A stretch of DNA of 58,431 bases from a virus (Duplodnaviria; Caudoviricetes). The stretch is taken from the IMG/VR virus record IMGVR_UViG_3300021425_000043, positions 1 to 58,431 of that record. The stretch is one strand, 5' to 3'. Shown here in pieces: positions 16,488 through 27,049 of the stretch. The notes beneath the pieces were generated by a model. That model had not been told where the DNA came from, did not search any database, and saw nothing but the letters and a program-made list of their open reading frames with translations. The translations under genes were made by a program, and so were the position numbers. Every line of letters begins with the position of its first letter. Position 1 is the first letter of the stretch.

Positions 16488-18975
16488 TAAATATATTCCA
16501 CAAGAAGAATACAAACCAAAAGGGCTCTTATATCAATTACCTATAATTGGAGATGCTCTTAAGGATGCCCTTATTCCACAGAGTGTGCAACAGTCTCAAC
16601 TTGCAAAACTTAATGAACAAAAACTTGTAAACAACGCTATTGATTACGGCTTTAATGATAATTTTTTAATAGACGCTAGGGCAGGCGGATTGCTTGGTAA
16701 TAACTATCAACCTATAGAAACAGAAGGAAAATCTTTTATTTCTAATTTACTTTCTGTGGAGTCATCTGAAGGTGGTAAACAATTTACTTTAAAAAATAAA
16801 GATTTTATAGAAGCCTTGGTAGCAGACTTTCCTCTTCTTACTAAAACTCAAACAGTTCAAGGGACTACAGAAGACTTTATTCCTAGTAGTGTAGTTTACA
16901 ACCCAAATAAAAACAGCGTTTTTATAGTAGGGAAGAACTATAAAGGAGATATGGCCCCTAAAACTTTAATGCAGTCTGATGCAACAGATGATGAGATAGC
17001 AGAATATTCTTTATCAGACGCTAACGAGTTGTTTAAATTAGCTCTTAATTATAAGTATGTTAACTCTAATCAAAAACCTGGCTACATAAGTGCTTCTCTT
17101 CAAGATGCGCAACCTTCAAATACATCTCTTGATATAGCTGAGGCTATCTCTGAAGCAAAGAAAAACGGGTTGTTAGAAGATGCAGAAGTAGTTGGGCAGT
17201 TTAATGAAAGTATTGCTGCTTTAATCGCAGAACAACAAGACCCAGAAGCAGCTGCAAAATTAGATGACGAGATACCACCTATTGCTTTGACTGAAGTTAG
17301 GCCTGAAATTGTCGAGTTATTACCGGACCAAGCAGGGCCACCAGAACCGGGTTCTAAACAAGCTCAAGCTATGGCTATGGTAGAGGGCTCACAACTCAGT
17401 GAAGAAGACACGAACGCAATGATACAGGCTTGGAATAACATGAACACTGCTGAAAAGGTATCTTTGTTAAGCACTGGGCTACTTGTTATACCAGGGGTTG
17501 GCGCTCTTACTTATGCAGGAGTTAGAGGTATTGCCCTTACTGCAGGAGTTTTATCAAGAGCAAATATAGGAACAAGACTGCTTAATTTTGCTAAGAGCAC
17601 TGTTACTAGGCCTAAAACACAGACTCAGGCTGTATCTAAAAGCGGCAAAAGATTTGATGTTGATTCTCCGCAAGGCAAACAAATTGTCAAAGCTGGTGAA
17701 GCTGATTTGAAAAAAAGATCAACTAGCGAAAAATTAATGGATTTTGGAAGAGGAAAAGGCTCACAGAACCCTAGAACAGTGACTGAAGTTGTAAAAGATT
17801 CTTCCGGTAACGTAGTAAGAGAATTTTCGCCGACAAGAGCTACCGGTTTGGGCTTAGCCGGCACTAGTATTGGCGGGAATATCGCTGGTGGCATGATCGA
17901 GGGAGAGCTTGATGAGATAGAAACAGCTAACGAGCAACAAGCTGGGACTGAGGCTGTCGCTTTTGATGTTCCAGAGTTTAAGAGCGCGCAAGAGGCCACT
18001 ACTTATTTTAGTGATGAAAACAATTACAACAACTTTGTCAAGGCCGCAAGCAGCACAGGCGCTCAAAACGTAGCAGAACGTTTAGAGTCTGCTCTTGACA
18101 GTTTAGGAGTTACAGATGGGCAATCTTTTACTGCTAATATAGACAAAATAGTAGCTAGCATTAACCCAACTAATGATGTTAACACTAATAGGATAGCTGC
18201 AGCTTTGATTGCTGAAAGATCAGGAGCTTCTAGACCGGATCAAGCTAAACTTTTTTATAATACCCTCAATGCTTTTACTAGTTCAGATCGCTTAAGTTTT
18301 GATGCTTCTGCTAGACAAAGAGACTTACTAACAGAAACTAAAGATAGCTTTACAAGTTACTATCTCCCAGATACTGGTTTTGATACTAGTGGAGAGATAC
18401 AAGAGATACAAGAGTTGTTTGCAGGAGGTAGTTTTGATGAACTTACTGAAAATAACTCAATTAAATTAAACAGAGATGCTTTAGCTGGTAAGTATCAGGC
18501 TCTTTTTCCTGAGTATATTATGACAGATAATGGCCCTTTAAATATCAAAAGAGCACAGTTACAAACAGCCGGCCAAAGAGTTGGTTTAAACAGAACTGAA
18601 CTTGTGCAATTAACCAATAACCAAAGAGCAGTAGAAAACTTAGAAAGAATACAAACAAGTCAAGCTGTAAAAAGTTTGATAGACAAGTACAGCAGAACAG
18701 GGCTTTTTGAAGCTATAAGAAACTTTTTTGCAGGTAGAGTAGATTTTAAAGATCCTGAAGACGAAATATATCCTTACGTTTCAGCAGAAGTTAGAAAAAC
18801 AGAAACTGGCTATGACTTAGTAAGGTTAAGATTGAGACAACCGGGTTCTGGTGCTAAATCTAGTATAGTCATTGAAGACCAAGAGTTTACTAATGAGTTT
18901 GGTAATTTAGAAAGCCAGTTGCAACTTGGTTTTTATGCTAATTTAGGTAAACAAAATATCAAAGTAATAAATTAA
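16444..18975 (+). CDS. putative internal virion protein
   Basis: ~840 aa with central hydrophobic Gly/Ala segments; true start may be GTG at 16480. Confidence 0.55.
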   Translation: MALSKGLQGVQAVANKYIPQEEYKPKGLLYQLPIIGDALKDALIPQSVQQSQLAKLNEQKLVNNAIDYGFNDNFLIDARAGGLLGNNYQPIETEGKSFISNLLSVESSEGGKQFTLKNKDFIEALVADFPLLTKTQTVQGTTEDFIPSSVVYNPNKNSVFIVGKNYKGDMAPKTLMQSDATDDEIAEYSLSDANELFKLALNYKYVNSNQKPGYISASLQDAQPSNTSLDIAEAISEAKKNGLLEDAEVVGQFNESIAALIAEQQDPEAAAKLDDEIPPIALTEVRPEIVELLPDQAGPPEPGSKQAQAMAMVEGSQLSEEDTNAMIQAWNNMNTAEKVSLLSTGLLVIPGVGALTYAGVRGIALTAGVLSRANIGTRLLNFAKSTVTRPKTQTQAVSKSGKRFDVDSPQGKQIVKAGEADLKKRSTSEKLMDFGRGKGSQNPRTVTEVVKDSSGNVVREFSPTRATGLGLAGTSIGGNIAGGMIEGELDEIETANEQQAGTEAVAFDVPEFKSAQEATTYFSDENNYNNFVKAASSTGAQNVAERLESALDSLGVTDGQSFTANIDKIVASINPTNDVNTNRIAAALIAERSGASRPDQAKLFYNTLNAFTSSDRLSFDASARQRDLLTETKDSFTSYYLPDTGFDTSGEIQEIQELFAGGSFDELTENNSIKLNRDALAGKYQALFPEYIMTDNGPLNIKRAQLQTAGQRVGLNRTELVQLTNNQRAVENLERIQTSQAVKSLIDKYSRTGLFEAIRNFFAGRVDFKDPEDEIYPYVSAEVRKTETGYDLVRLRLRQPGSGAKSSIVIEDQEFTNEFGNLESQLQLGFYANLGKQNIKVIN

Positions 18976-18978
18976 TGT

Positions 18979-21900
18979 ATGGCTATACCAAAAGAGTTTA
19001 TAGGGAGTCAGTCTGAAAGAGACATAAGGGCTAACAACCTTAAAGACTTAGAGCCTTTAATAGGTACTCAATCTAAAAGAATTCTTGGGCCAGAAGATCG
19101 TGTAGAAGTTGATGATTTAACTTCTGGCATAGAACGTTTCCGTGCCTCTTTTAAAGCTGGACAAGCTAACCTTGTAAGTTCCCTTGCTAACTTTGATGCT
19201 TCTGTAGCGGCTTTGACCGGCAACGAAGAGAGGATGAATGAATCCTTAAAACGAGCAAAAGATGAACAAGAGGTAGGAGCTTATTATCTTTTAGACAGCC
19301 AACCTTTCGAAGAATTTATCAAAGCGCCTACTTTTAGTGGCTTCGTAGATAGTGCTATAGAAGCAACCGGTCAATTTGCCCCCACCGCAATCACAAGTGT
19401 TATTGCAGCCCTAGCGGGTGCAGGAGTAGGAGCGAGCTTGAGCTACTTAACAGGCTCTAGTAGTTTGTTTGCTGCAGCTGGTAGTACTGGTTTGACCACT
19501 ATACCTGCTAGTTTAGCTTCAAGAAAGTTTATTCAAACTGAAGTAGAAGATATCTTAAAAAAGAAAGTAACTTTAGATGTTCTTAAAAAACAAGGTAAAA
19601 AGACTGCAATAACTATGACACCTGAAGAGGATAAAGTTGTTAATCTTTTATACCCGTATTTAAGATCCCAACTCAGGAATAAGTACGCAACTAGAGGTGC
19701 CGTAGCGGGCGCTTTTGCACAAGAACAACCTATTGGTGCAGGTATAGCCTTTGGCGATTACGCTGAACAAGATATGACAGACCCCATAACCGCATTTAGA
19801 GCTCAACAACAAGGCGCTACATTTGGCCTGATTGGTGTTGGTAGTGAAGCTTTGATCTATAAAGCTATTGTTGGAAACTTAAAAAGCAAAGCAGCAAAAA
19901 ATCTAATTAACGAGAGAGCTATATTAGATGCTCCTTCAGCTGGTAAATCTACACTTGATATTGTTTCTAGAGGTTTAGGTGCTGGAGTACTCACAGGCGT
20001 TTCTGAAGGGGTAGCAGAAGGCTTGCAAGAAGAACTCTCCGTGCAACAAAAACTTAGAATAGATGACGAATACACGAAGACTCAAGCTAACTTAGATAGG
20101 CTCCAAGCTCTGTATATGGGAGCTATAGGTGGCATGGGAATTGGTACCGGCACTGGTACAAGTACTGCTGTGCTAGGAAAAATGAGAGAACTTGTTGAAA
20201 TAGGGTATGAAAAACGTATGTTTGATTTATACCAAAAAACAAAACAAGGCGAGAATAATCCTATTTTAGAAACACAAACAGATTTAAGTGCACAGTTTAG
20301 AGACCTACAAGACCCTAATATTAATAGAGATTTTGTTTGGGTAGATCAACAAAACTATGAAGAGTTTGGTCCTATTGCAAATAGGATAGAAAAAATATCA
20401 AACCTAGAAAGGACTATGATACCAGGGGTAGGTACTTTCTTTACTCTTGATGGCGACCTTAACCAAAGGTTTGTAAACACTATGAGCGCTGCGCCTTTGA
20501 ATAGAAAAAGACTGTTAGAGTTTTTAGATATTTATGGTAAGAACCCTCCTACTGAAGGTAAGGGCATGAGAGTAGTAGTGTCTGTACGTGGCCAAAACAA
20601 CGAAGTGTTAAAGAGGTATGATGTAGAAGCAGGCGAAGAGGAACAAACTGCTATAACAGCTGCTCAAAATTACATAGGGGGCCCAGATGGTACTAACAAT
20701 AGAAATATTGTTGTGCAAACTTTAGAGGCTTTTAATGAAGAACGTGCAGGTAAACTTCCTGTCCGAGAAGAAGAGTCCGCAATGGAAGAAGACTTAGATG
20801 ACTACGAAGCTAATCAAACTCCTTTTGAAACTTTTACAACTGAACAAGAAAGACTGTTTGCACAAGACACACAAACAGAACCCCAAATAGTACCAGATTT
20901 AAAAGCTAGAAATATTAGAGAACAACAAGGATCTCTTGAAAACCCTATCGGCAGGGAAACTGATGGTAGGCCTTTTGGGGTCGTAAAAAATCAAAAGTTT
21001 GTAGTTAAAAAGGGAGATGAGTTATACAACAAGATATTGAACGGTGCAGAAGACACTACACCTTTAGCCCCAGAGTTTGTTACAGAGTTTGATAGACTAG
21101 TTACAGCAGGAAAAATTAGTGAAGGTGTAGCTAATAGATATTTAAAACTTAATCAAGCTTTAGCCCGTAGTGATTTGTTAGGAAACCAAGCTTACGGTTT
21201 TGGAGAACAATCAGAGGGCATAGTTATTTATAAATATAATATGCCTGGAGTCTCAGCAGCTGTTGGCACACAAAATGTTACTCCTGATTTAGCACAAAAA
21301 GTTGCAGCTATTGTAGGAAGAGGTAGAACTAACAAACCCCCTAAAGATAGGGATCCACGTAGTCAAAGAAGGTTTACAAGGTTTGAATTAGAGAAAGATG
21401 GAGAGAAAACCCCTGTAGACCCTAATAGGTTTACCAATATAGGTAGGAATATATCTAAAGCTTTTGGTAATAATATCGAAGGAGATTTTCAATCTGCTAT
21501 AGGAGGCTTTGGTTTCTTGTTAGCAGAAATGTCCGCAAACGGTTACACCCTTTTATTTGAAGGCAAACCTTTTACTGATGAACAAGCTGGTATTGCTCAA
21601 ATTTATAATAAAGATGGTAGGTCTTTAACTCTTGAGCAAATGCAAAGGCAGATAGGCAGAGAAACAAGCCTACAAAGAAATCGTAATGTGCCTTTGACCG
21701 AGACTTCTACTTTAGAAGGAATAGAAAGAGATGACCTAGAAGCTGCACAAAATTTAGTAGAAGAAGCAGAAAAACAAGTAAAACTAGCAAAAGAAGAACT
21801 TGAACAAGTTAAAGAAGATGTTGAGGTTGAAAAAGCTGCACTTAAGCAAGGCTTAACAGAAGAAGAAATAAGTAGTGGCATGTTTGTAAGCCAAACTGGT

Positions 21901-24873
21901 AAGAAAGTAAAACCTTTTAGACCAAAAGGTCAGCAAGAAGCAGTCAACCTTAGTTCTAGAGAAGCAGCTATAGATAGAAAAGTTGAAAGAGCGGAAAGAA
22001 AATTAACAGCAGCTACAAAAGGAGAGGATGTTGCAAATAATGTTTTCTTCCAAGCAGAGAAACAAGGAGAGCAAGAAATCCAAGAAGATCCAACTGATCA
22101 ATACGCTTTCGATAGCAATCCTTTGTTTAGAGAATGGGCTAAAAAACCTGCGCGGTCTGCAGAACAACGAGAACTAGATGCAACGCAAGCAAAGGCGGGA
22201 AAAGAATATGTGCAATATAGTTCTACTATAGAGAAGCATCTTGGTGTAGAAGTTTTAGATGCTTTAAAAAACATTGCTAAAAATACATTAGGGCTAAATA
22301 GAGAGATGTTATTCTTCAGTGCAGAAGATACTATTGTTCTAGAAGATAAAAATTTAGAAAAAAGAGCAAGAGCTGCACAGGCTAAATTTGGGCCTGAGTC
22401 TAATCAACGTGGTATAAATATACGAGGCCGTGGCAACACTGACGTTATTATTATACAGACTAGAGACGGTTTTAACGCAGAAGACCAAGGAGCTCGACTT
22501 TTTGCTGTAGCCCACGAAATAGGACATTCTTTTATTTATCAAGAATTAGATAGAAGTTTAGGTGTAAAAACCCTTAGAAATGCTTTACAAAAAGCTTTTG
22601 ATGAAGAACTAAAGACTAATACAACTGATCAATATTCTTTGCCGGACGGTAAAGGTTTCCAAGAATGGGTATCAGACCAAGTAGCCGTATTTTTAATTGA
22701 TGAGACTAAGAAAGCTAAAAACCAAACAGAGTCATTCTTTAAAAATATTGCAAATAAAGTAAAAGCTTTCTTCTCTAAGTATGAAGCTGTAGCAAAAAGA
22801 AGGTTCACACAAAACCCTGCTTTTAATGATTATATCCAAGAAGTTATGTCTTCTACTAAAAACAATAAATTTAAGTATGAACAAAAAGCTAGAGTAGAAG
22901 AAAAAATAGAAGAAGTTAAACAGGTATTAGACAAAGGGGCCGCACAAACTCTTAAACGTATAACCAACAAAATTGTAGAAGATGGAGAAATACCTAATTC
23001 TAGAGTAGATGCAGCAACACGTACTCTTAGAACTATCTTTCAAGATGCCGATGGGCTACTTAGGAGTTTTGGAGAACCAGGCAAAGCCTTAGCAAGGCTC
23101 TTTAAGCAAAGAGTGGGTACTAAAGAAAAGACTGCTTACCTAACTAAAGTATTTAGTCTTGCTCGTGCAAAGATGAATGAGATACAAACTATTTTGAACG
23201 TAGAGTCCCCAGGTGATATGAATGAAGCAGTTGAACAAGTATTACAAGAGTTAGAAAATCCAGATACTCCTTTTGAACAGTTATCACCGCAAGCTCAACA
23301 GATGCGCACCTTTTTAATTAAACACTACAACGATTTAAATTTAGGTGAGTTAGGAGTGGGTTTCTTAGAAAACTATTTCCCTAGGTTGTATAAGATAGAA
23401 GAACTATTGAATGACCCTGGTTTAAGAGAAACTTTAATTGAAACCTTAGTTCAATATAATCCTGGCTTGTCAAAAAGTGACGCAACAGATGCTGTTGTAG
23501 ATATGTTACGTGACCCAAGTGAAGATGCTAACTTTAATAGGGCTGCAGAAGATGAGTATGCAGTGGGTATGTTAGCGCAGAGAGCAGAGTTATTTAGAAA
23601 TATACCTACAGATGCTTTAAGAAATGCTGAGCTTTTAGAAGACGCTTCTTACGCTTTACAGAGATACATACAGAACTCTACTAAAAGAAGAGGTTTTGCT
23701 GATTTTGGCGGTACACAAGCCATAGAAGAACAGCTAAGCCTTATAAAAGACCCTAAAGAAAGAGAACTAGCTAAAGATGCAGTTAAAGCAATACTAGGTA
23801 GGGTTGACCCTATAGAGAGTAAAACTTTTAGAAACATTAACAATGCAGGTTTATTTTTTAATGTCACTACATTATTACCTTTATCTGTCTTTGCTTCTTT
23901 CCCAGATCTAGCAGGCCCTATCTTGCGTTACAGAGGCATACCTAACTTTTTAGAGACTATGCGTACTGTTACTGCAGCTATGTCGGAAGCAGAAGTAGAT
24001 CAATTTGCAAAAGATATAGGAGCTGTTGGTATTAATGCTATGAATGAGCAATATGTGGGTGCGGGAGAACTACAGTACACAAGTAAAAAGACTAAAAAAT
24101 GGACTAATAATTTCTTTAGGTTTATACAATTAGAACAGTTTACTAATTTTACTAGACGATTTGCTGCAGGCATGGCCCGTGTATTTTTAATAGATAATGC
24201 GAATAAAGCTTTAGCAGGAGATGAGACTGCACAACGTTACCTAGGAGAGCTTGATGTAACAGCTGACGAAGTTATAGCATGGGGTGGGGGAGATATCACT
24301 GCTCCGTCCCATCAAAGAGTTAGACTAGCGGCTGCTAGATTTGTAGATGAGGCTATTGTTAGACCTAATGCAGCCGAGAGGCCTGTTTGGGCTTCTGATC
24401 CTAGGTTTGCCTTAGTTTGGCAACTTAAGTCTTTCTTTTATTCTTACGGCAAAAACATCGTAATGGGCACAGGTAGAGAGATGCAATCTAGAATGGCAGA
24501 AGTTGGTATGAAAGGGGCTGCAATACCTTTATTTATGGGTGCAGTTACTCTGCTTCCTTTAACTATGTTAGGCCTTGATTTAAGAGAAAGATTTAAAATT
24601 GGTTTAGCTTGGGCGTTGCCGGGTGTTAGCCCTGAAGATAAGAATTATAGAAGGTCTTTAGATATGGACATGGGGGAATATAGCGTTGAGATTATAGATA
24701 GATCTGGAATATTAGGCCCATATACAATGGCGTTGCCTTTATTCATAGAGAGAAAACGTTATGGAGACCCTCTATGGGTAGGGCCATTAGGGCCTACTAT
24801 AGGTACAGGTTATGATTTGATATCGGGTGATATTAAACCAAAGAATTTAATTCCATTTTATTCACCATTATAG
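18979..24873 (+). CDS. large internal virion/polyvalent protein with zincin-like motif
   Basis: 1964 aa; Gly/Ala hydrophobic N-terminal helices, HEIGH plus downstream 'FQEWVSD', helical C-terminal region. Confidence 0.65.
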   Translation: MAIPKEFIGSQSERDIRANNLKDLEPLIGTQSKRILGPEDRVEVDDLTSGIERFRASFKAGQANLVSSLANFDASVAALTGNEERMNESLKRAKDEQEVGAYYLLDSQPFEEFIKAPTFSGFVDSAIEATGQFAPTAITSVIAALAGAGVGASLSYLTGSSSLFAAAGSTGLTTIPASLASRKFIQTEVEDILKKKVTLDVLKKQGKKTAITMTPEEDKVVNLLYPYLRSQLRNKYATRGAVAGAFAQEQPIGAGIAFGDYAEQDMTDPITAFRAQQQGATFGLIGVGSEALIYKAIVGNLKSKAAKNLINERAILDAPSAGKSTLDIVSRGLGAGVLTGVSEGVAEGLQEELSVQQKLRIDDEYTKTQANLDRLQALYMGAIGGMGIGTGTGTSTAVLGKMRELVEIGYEKRMFDLYQKTKQGENNPILETQTDLSAQFRDLQDPNINRDFVWVDQQNYEEFGPIANRIEKISNLERTMIPGVGTFFTLDGDLNQRFVNTMSAAPLNRKRLLEFLDIYGKNPPTEGKGMRVVVSVRGQNNEVLKRYDVEAGEEEQTAITAAQNYIGGPDGTNNRNIVVQTLEAFNEERAGKLPVREEESAMEEDLDDYEANQTPFETFTTEQERLFAQDTQTEPQIVPDLKARNIREQQGSLENPIGRETDGRPFGVVKNQKFVVKKGDELYNKILNGAEDTTPLAPEFVTEFDRLVTAGKISEGVANRYLKLNQALARSDLLGNQAYGFGEQSEGIVIYKYNMPGVSAAVGTQNVTPDLAQKVAAIVGRGRTNKPPKDRDPRSQRRFTRFELEKDGEKTPVDPNRFTNIGRNISKAFGNNIEGDFQSAIGGFGFLLAEMSANGYTLLFEGKPFTDEQAGIAQIYNKDGRSLTLEQMQRQIGRETSLQRNRNVPLTETSTLEGIERDDLEAAQNLVEEAEKQVKLAKEELEQVKEDVEVEKAALKQGLTEEEISSGMFVSQTGKKVKPFRPKGQQEAVNLSSREAAIDRKVERAERKLTAATKGEDVANNVFFQAEKQGEQEIQEDPTDQYAFDSNPLFREWAKKPARSAEQRELDATQAKAGKEYVQYSSTIEKHLGVEVLDALKNIAKNTLGLNREMLFFSAEDTIVLEDKNLEKRARAAQAKFGPESNQRGINIRGRGNTDVIIIQTRDGFNAEDQGARLFAVAHEIGHSFIYQELDRSLGVKTLRNALQKAFDEELKTNTTDQYSLPDGKGFQEWVSDQVAVFLIDETKKAKNQTESFFKNIANKVKAFFSKYEAVAKRRFTQNPAFNDYIQEVMSSTKNNKFKYEQKARVEEKIEEVKQVLDKGAAQTLKRITNKIVEDGEIPNSRVDAATRTLRTIFQDADGLLRSFGEPGKALARLFKQRVGTKEKTAYLTKVFSLARAKMNEIQTILNVESPGDMNEAVEQVLQELENPDTPFEQLSPQAQQMRTFLIKHYNDLNLGELGVGFLENYFPRLYKIEELLNDPGLRETLIETLVQYNPGLSKSDATDAVVDMLRDPSEDANFNRAAEDEYAVGMLAQRAELFRNIPTDALRNAELLEDASYALQRYIQNSTKRRGFADFGGTQAIEEQLSLIKDPKERELAKDAVKAILGRVDPIESKTFRNINNAGLFFNVTTLLPLSVFASFPDLAGPILRYRGIPNFLETMRTVTAAMSEAEVDQFAKDIGAVGINAMNEQYVGAGELQYTSKKTKKWTNNFFRFIQLEQFTNFTRRFAAGMARVFLIDNANKALAGDETAQRYLGELDVTADEVIAWGGGDITAPSHQRVRLAAARFVDEAIVRPNAAERPVWASDPRFALVWQLKSFFYSYGKNIVMGTGREMQSRMAEVGMKGAAIPLFMGAVTLLPLTMLGLDLRERFKIGLAWALPGVSPEDKNYRRSLDMDMGEYSVEIIDRSGILGPYTMALPLFIERKRYGDPLWVGPLGPTIGTGYDLISGDIKPKNLIPFYSPL

Positions 24874-24885
24874 GTATAATTAATT

Positions 24886-25260
24886 ATGGCATACTCAGAT
24901 ACAATAAAGTTAGTAGTTGGAGATACACTACCAGAGCTTACTTTTAATTTAAAAGATAGTAACTCAGCAGCAAGTGGTCAGACTTTAGACATAGAAGATA
25001 GCACTACGTGGGCTCCTATTGATCTAACCAACGGCACTGTGAAGTTAAGAATAAGAGAAGTAGGTAAATCTACAGTTCTTTCTACTATTACTGCTACTAT
25101 TTCTGCCCCTAGTTCAGGGACTTGTACACTAATATTCCCGTCTGGAACTTGGACGGCAGCAGGTACATTTGAAGGAGAACTTGAGTTTACTAAATCTGAT
25201 GGCAACATTCAGACAGTACAAGACTTAATAAAGTTTAAAGTACGTGACGACTTTGATTAA
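24886..25260 (+). CDS. virion structural protein (BppU N-terminal-like)
   Basis: 'GDT.P.L.F.L', 'IDLT..TV', 'GTFEGELEFT..DG.IQT' Ig-like pattern. Confidence 0.55.
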   Translation: MAYSDTIKLVVGDTLPELTFNLKDSNSAASGQTLDIEDSTTWAPIDLTNGTVKLRIREVGKSTVLSTITATISAPSSGTCTLIFPSGTWTAAGTFEGELEFTKSDGNIQTVQDLIKFKVRDDFD

Positions 25261-26591
25261 TGGCATTCAAGTTTACCGTAGACTACAAACAGCTACGGCT
25301 GATAATTCAGACAGACTCTACTGAGTCTGTAAGCTTATTTGAACATCTAAAAAGCACGGTAGATTTTATAGATCTACAACAAATTGTTGCCTTTCAACAA
25401 CTTACAGCTGCAAATGTAAACATAGACGCTGATACCCTAAACAGATATTTTACTGAACAATACAATTCTCCTAACGCAGAGAGCTTTGGGTTTAGTGATG
25501 CTCAGGCATTAGCCCCCAGTTTAGTTAAAGCAGACTCATCTGTTATTAGTGAAATTTTAGCTAAAGACTTAGACAAAGCACTTGCAGATGCCCCTACACT
25601 TACCGAAGAGCTAAGCAGAGTCGTACAATACGTACGAGACTTTACTGATGCACCTGCTCTTTCTGAAGCAATAACTTCTTTAGATACGGCTTTAGGTAAA
25701 GAAGATACAACTTCTGTTACAGAAGAACTAGCAAAACTGTTTGAGACTTCTTTTTCTGATGCCCCTACAGTAACAGAAGAACTAGTACAAGATGTAGGCC
25801 TAGCTAAAGCAGACACTCCTACACTGACAGACTCTGAAGTTCTTGATACATCTTTAGCAAAAGACGACTCTACTAGCGTAACAGAAGATTTAGCTAGTTT
25901 ATTTTCTGCTGCAAAAGCTGATACTACAAGCCTCTCTGAGTCTGATGCAAAAGAAGTAGGTAAAGCTGCAGACAATGACACTGTTAGCGTAGCAGAATCT
26001 TTTGATAGAAATGTTACTTTCTTACGTACCTTTGCAGATGCAGCAGCTTTAGATGACGCAGCTAGTGCTACAGATGAGTTAGCAACACAATCTGATCTAG
26101 TAAAAAACAACGTATTTGGTTTTACCGACTCTGAAGCAAAAGATTTTAGTAAGCCTGGAATTACTGACAGCCCAAGTTTAAGTGAAGATTTAAGTTATCT
26201 AGCTGGTTTAGCACCCTCTGATACTTTAGGTGCTTCGGACGCGGCCCCTGTTTTTTCTACTTCACTAACACGTGCAGATACTACATCTTTGTCTGAAGAT
26301 TTAAGTATTGCTAGCACTAATGCATTAGCGGATGCCTTTAGTATAACTGAATCAAGTAGTTTTAGTTTAGCTTCTAGCGCTGCAGATACATTAGCTATAA
26401 CAGAAGTTTTGACACACGAATTTGGCCTTAGTTCGTCAGATGCTGTGTCTGTAGCAGAAAGTTTAGTGCAGAGTTTTGGCAAAACTGCAACAGATAGTGC
26501 TACAATAACTGAGTCGATTAGTATTTTGTTTATACCCGGTGGTGGCTCTATACTTAATACTGCGGCTTTAAATACATTTGTATTAAATTAA
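25260..26591 (+). CDS. repeat-rich acidic virion protein
   Basis: Many degenerate ~19-aa repeats 'D(A/T)(P/T)(T/S)(L/V)(T/S)E'; C-terminal LNTAALNTFVLN. Confidence 0.6.
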   Translation: MAFKFTVDYKQLRLIIQTDSTESVSLFEHLKSTVDFIDLQQIVAFQQLTAANVNIDADTLNRYFTEQYNSPNAESFGFSDAQALAPSLVKADSSVISEILAKDLDKALADAPTLTEELSRVVQYVRDFTDAPALSEAITSLDTALGKEDTTSVTEELAKLFETSFSDAPTVTEELVQDVGLAKADTPTLTDSEVLDTSLAKDDSTSVTEDLASLFSAAKADTTSLSESDAKEVGKAADNDTVSVAESFDRNVTFLRTFADAAALDDAASATDELATQSDLVKNNVFGFTDSEAKDFSKPGITDSPSLSEDLSYLAGLAPSDTLGASDAAPVFSTSLTRADTTSLSEDLSIASTNALADAFSITESSSFSLASSAADTLAITEVLTHEFGLSSSDAVSVAESLVQSFGKTATDSATITESISILFIPGGGSILNTAALNTFVLN

Positions 26592-26603
26592 TGGAGACTA
26601 TAG

Positions 26604-27029
26604 ATGATAAATGATGATCTAAAACTTAAAGGTAAACTTGCTATTGCTCTTAACGGAGAAGTAGTACAGGAGATAGACAACCTTGTAGTTACTGATGGTA
26701 AAGAGTACGTTGCTTCTAGAATGAAAGACGCTACTGCAACAGCTATGTCGCACATGGCTATTGGTAGTGGTTCTACAGCAGCTGCCGCTTCAAACTCCGC
26801 ACTAGGCAATCAACTTGGTAGAGTATCTCTAACAAGTACTACTGTTTCTGGTGCTGTTGTGACTTACGTTGCGACTTTTGGAGCTGGTACAGGTACTGGT
26901 GCCGTAACAGAAGCTGGCTTATTTAATGCTTCTTCTAGTGGTACTATGCTTTGCAGAACAGTTTTTTCAGTAGTAAACAAGGGTGCAGCCGACTCAATGA
27001 CAATTACCTGGACAGTAACAGTCAGCTAA
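26604..27029 (+). CDS. tail structural protein
   Basis: 'NLVVT.G', 'HMAIGSG', 'VTEAGLFN', 'NKG..DS..ITWT' typical of tail-fibre N-terminal-like proteins. Confidence 0.65.
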   Translation: MINDDLKLKGKLAIALNGEVVQEIDNLVVTDGKEYVASRMKDATATAMSHMAIGSGSTAAAASNSALGNQLGRVSLTSTTVSGAVVTYVATFGAGTGTGAVTEAGLFNASSSGTMLCRTVFSVVNKGAADSMTITWTVTVS

Positions 27030-27049
27030 TTTAACAGGAGGCTTTTACT

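Noticed and set aside
18979-24873. N4-like virion RNA polymerase, suggested by the capsid type and hairpins
   Set aside because: Much shorter than N4 vRNAP and no single-subunit RNAP or DxDGD motifs were found by eye
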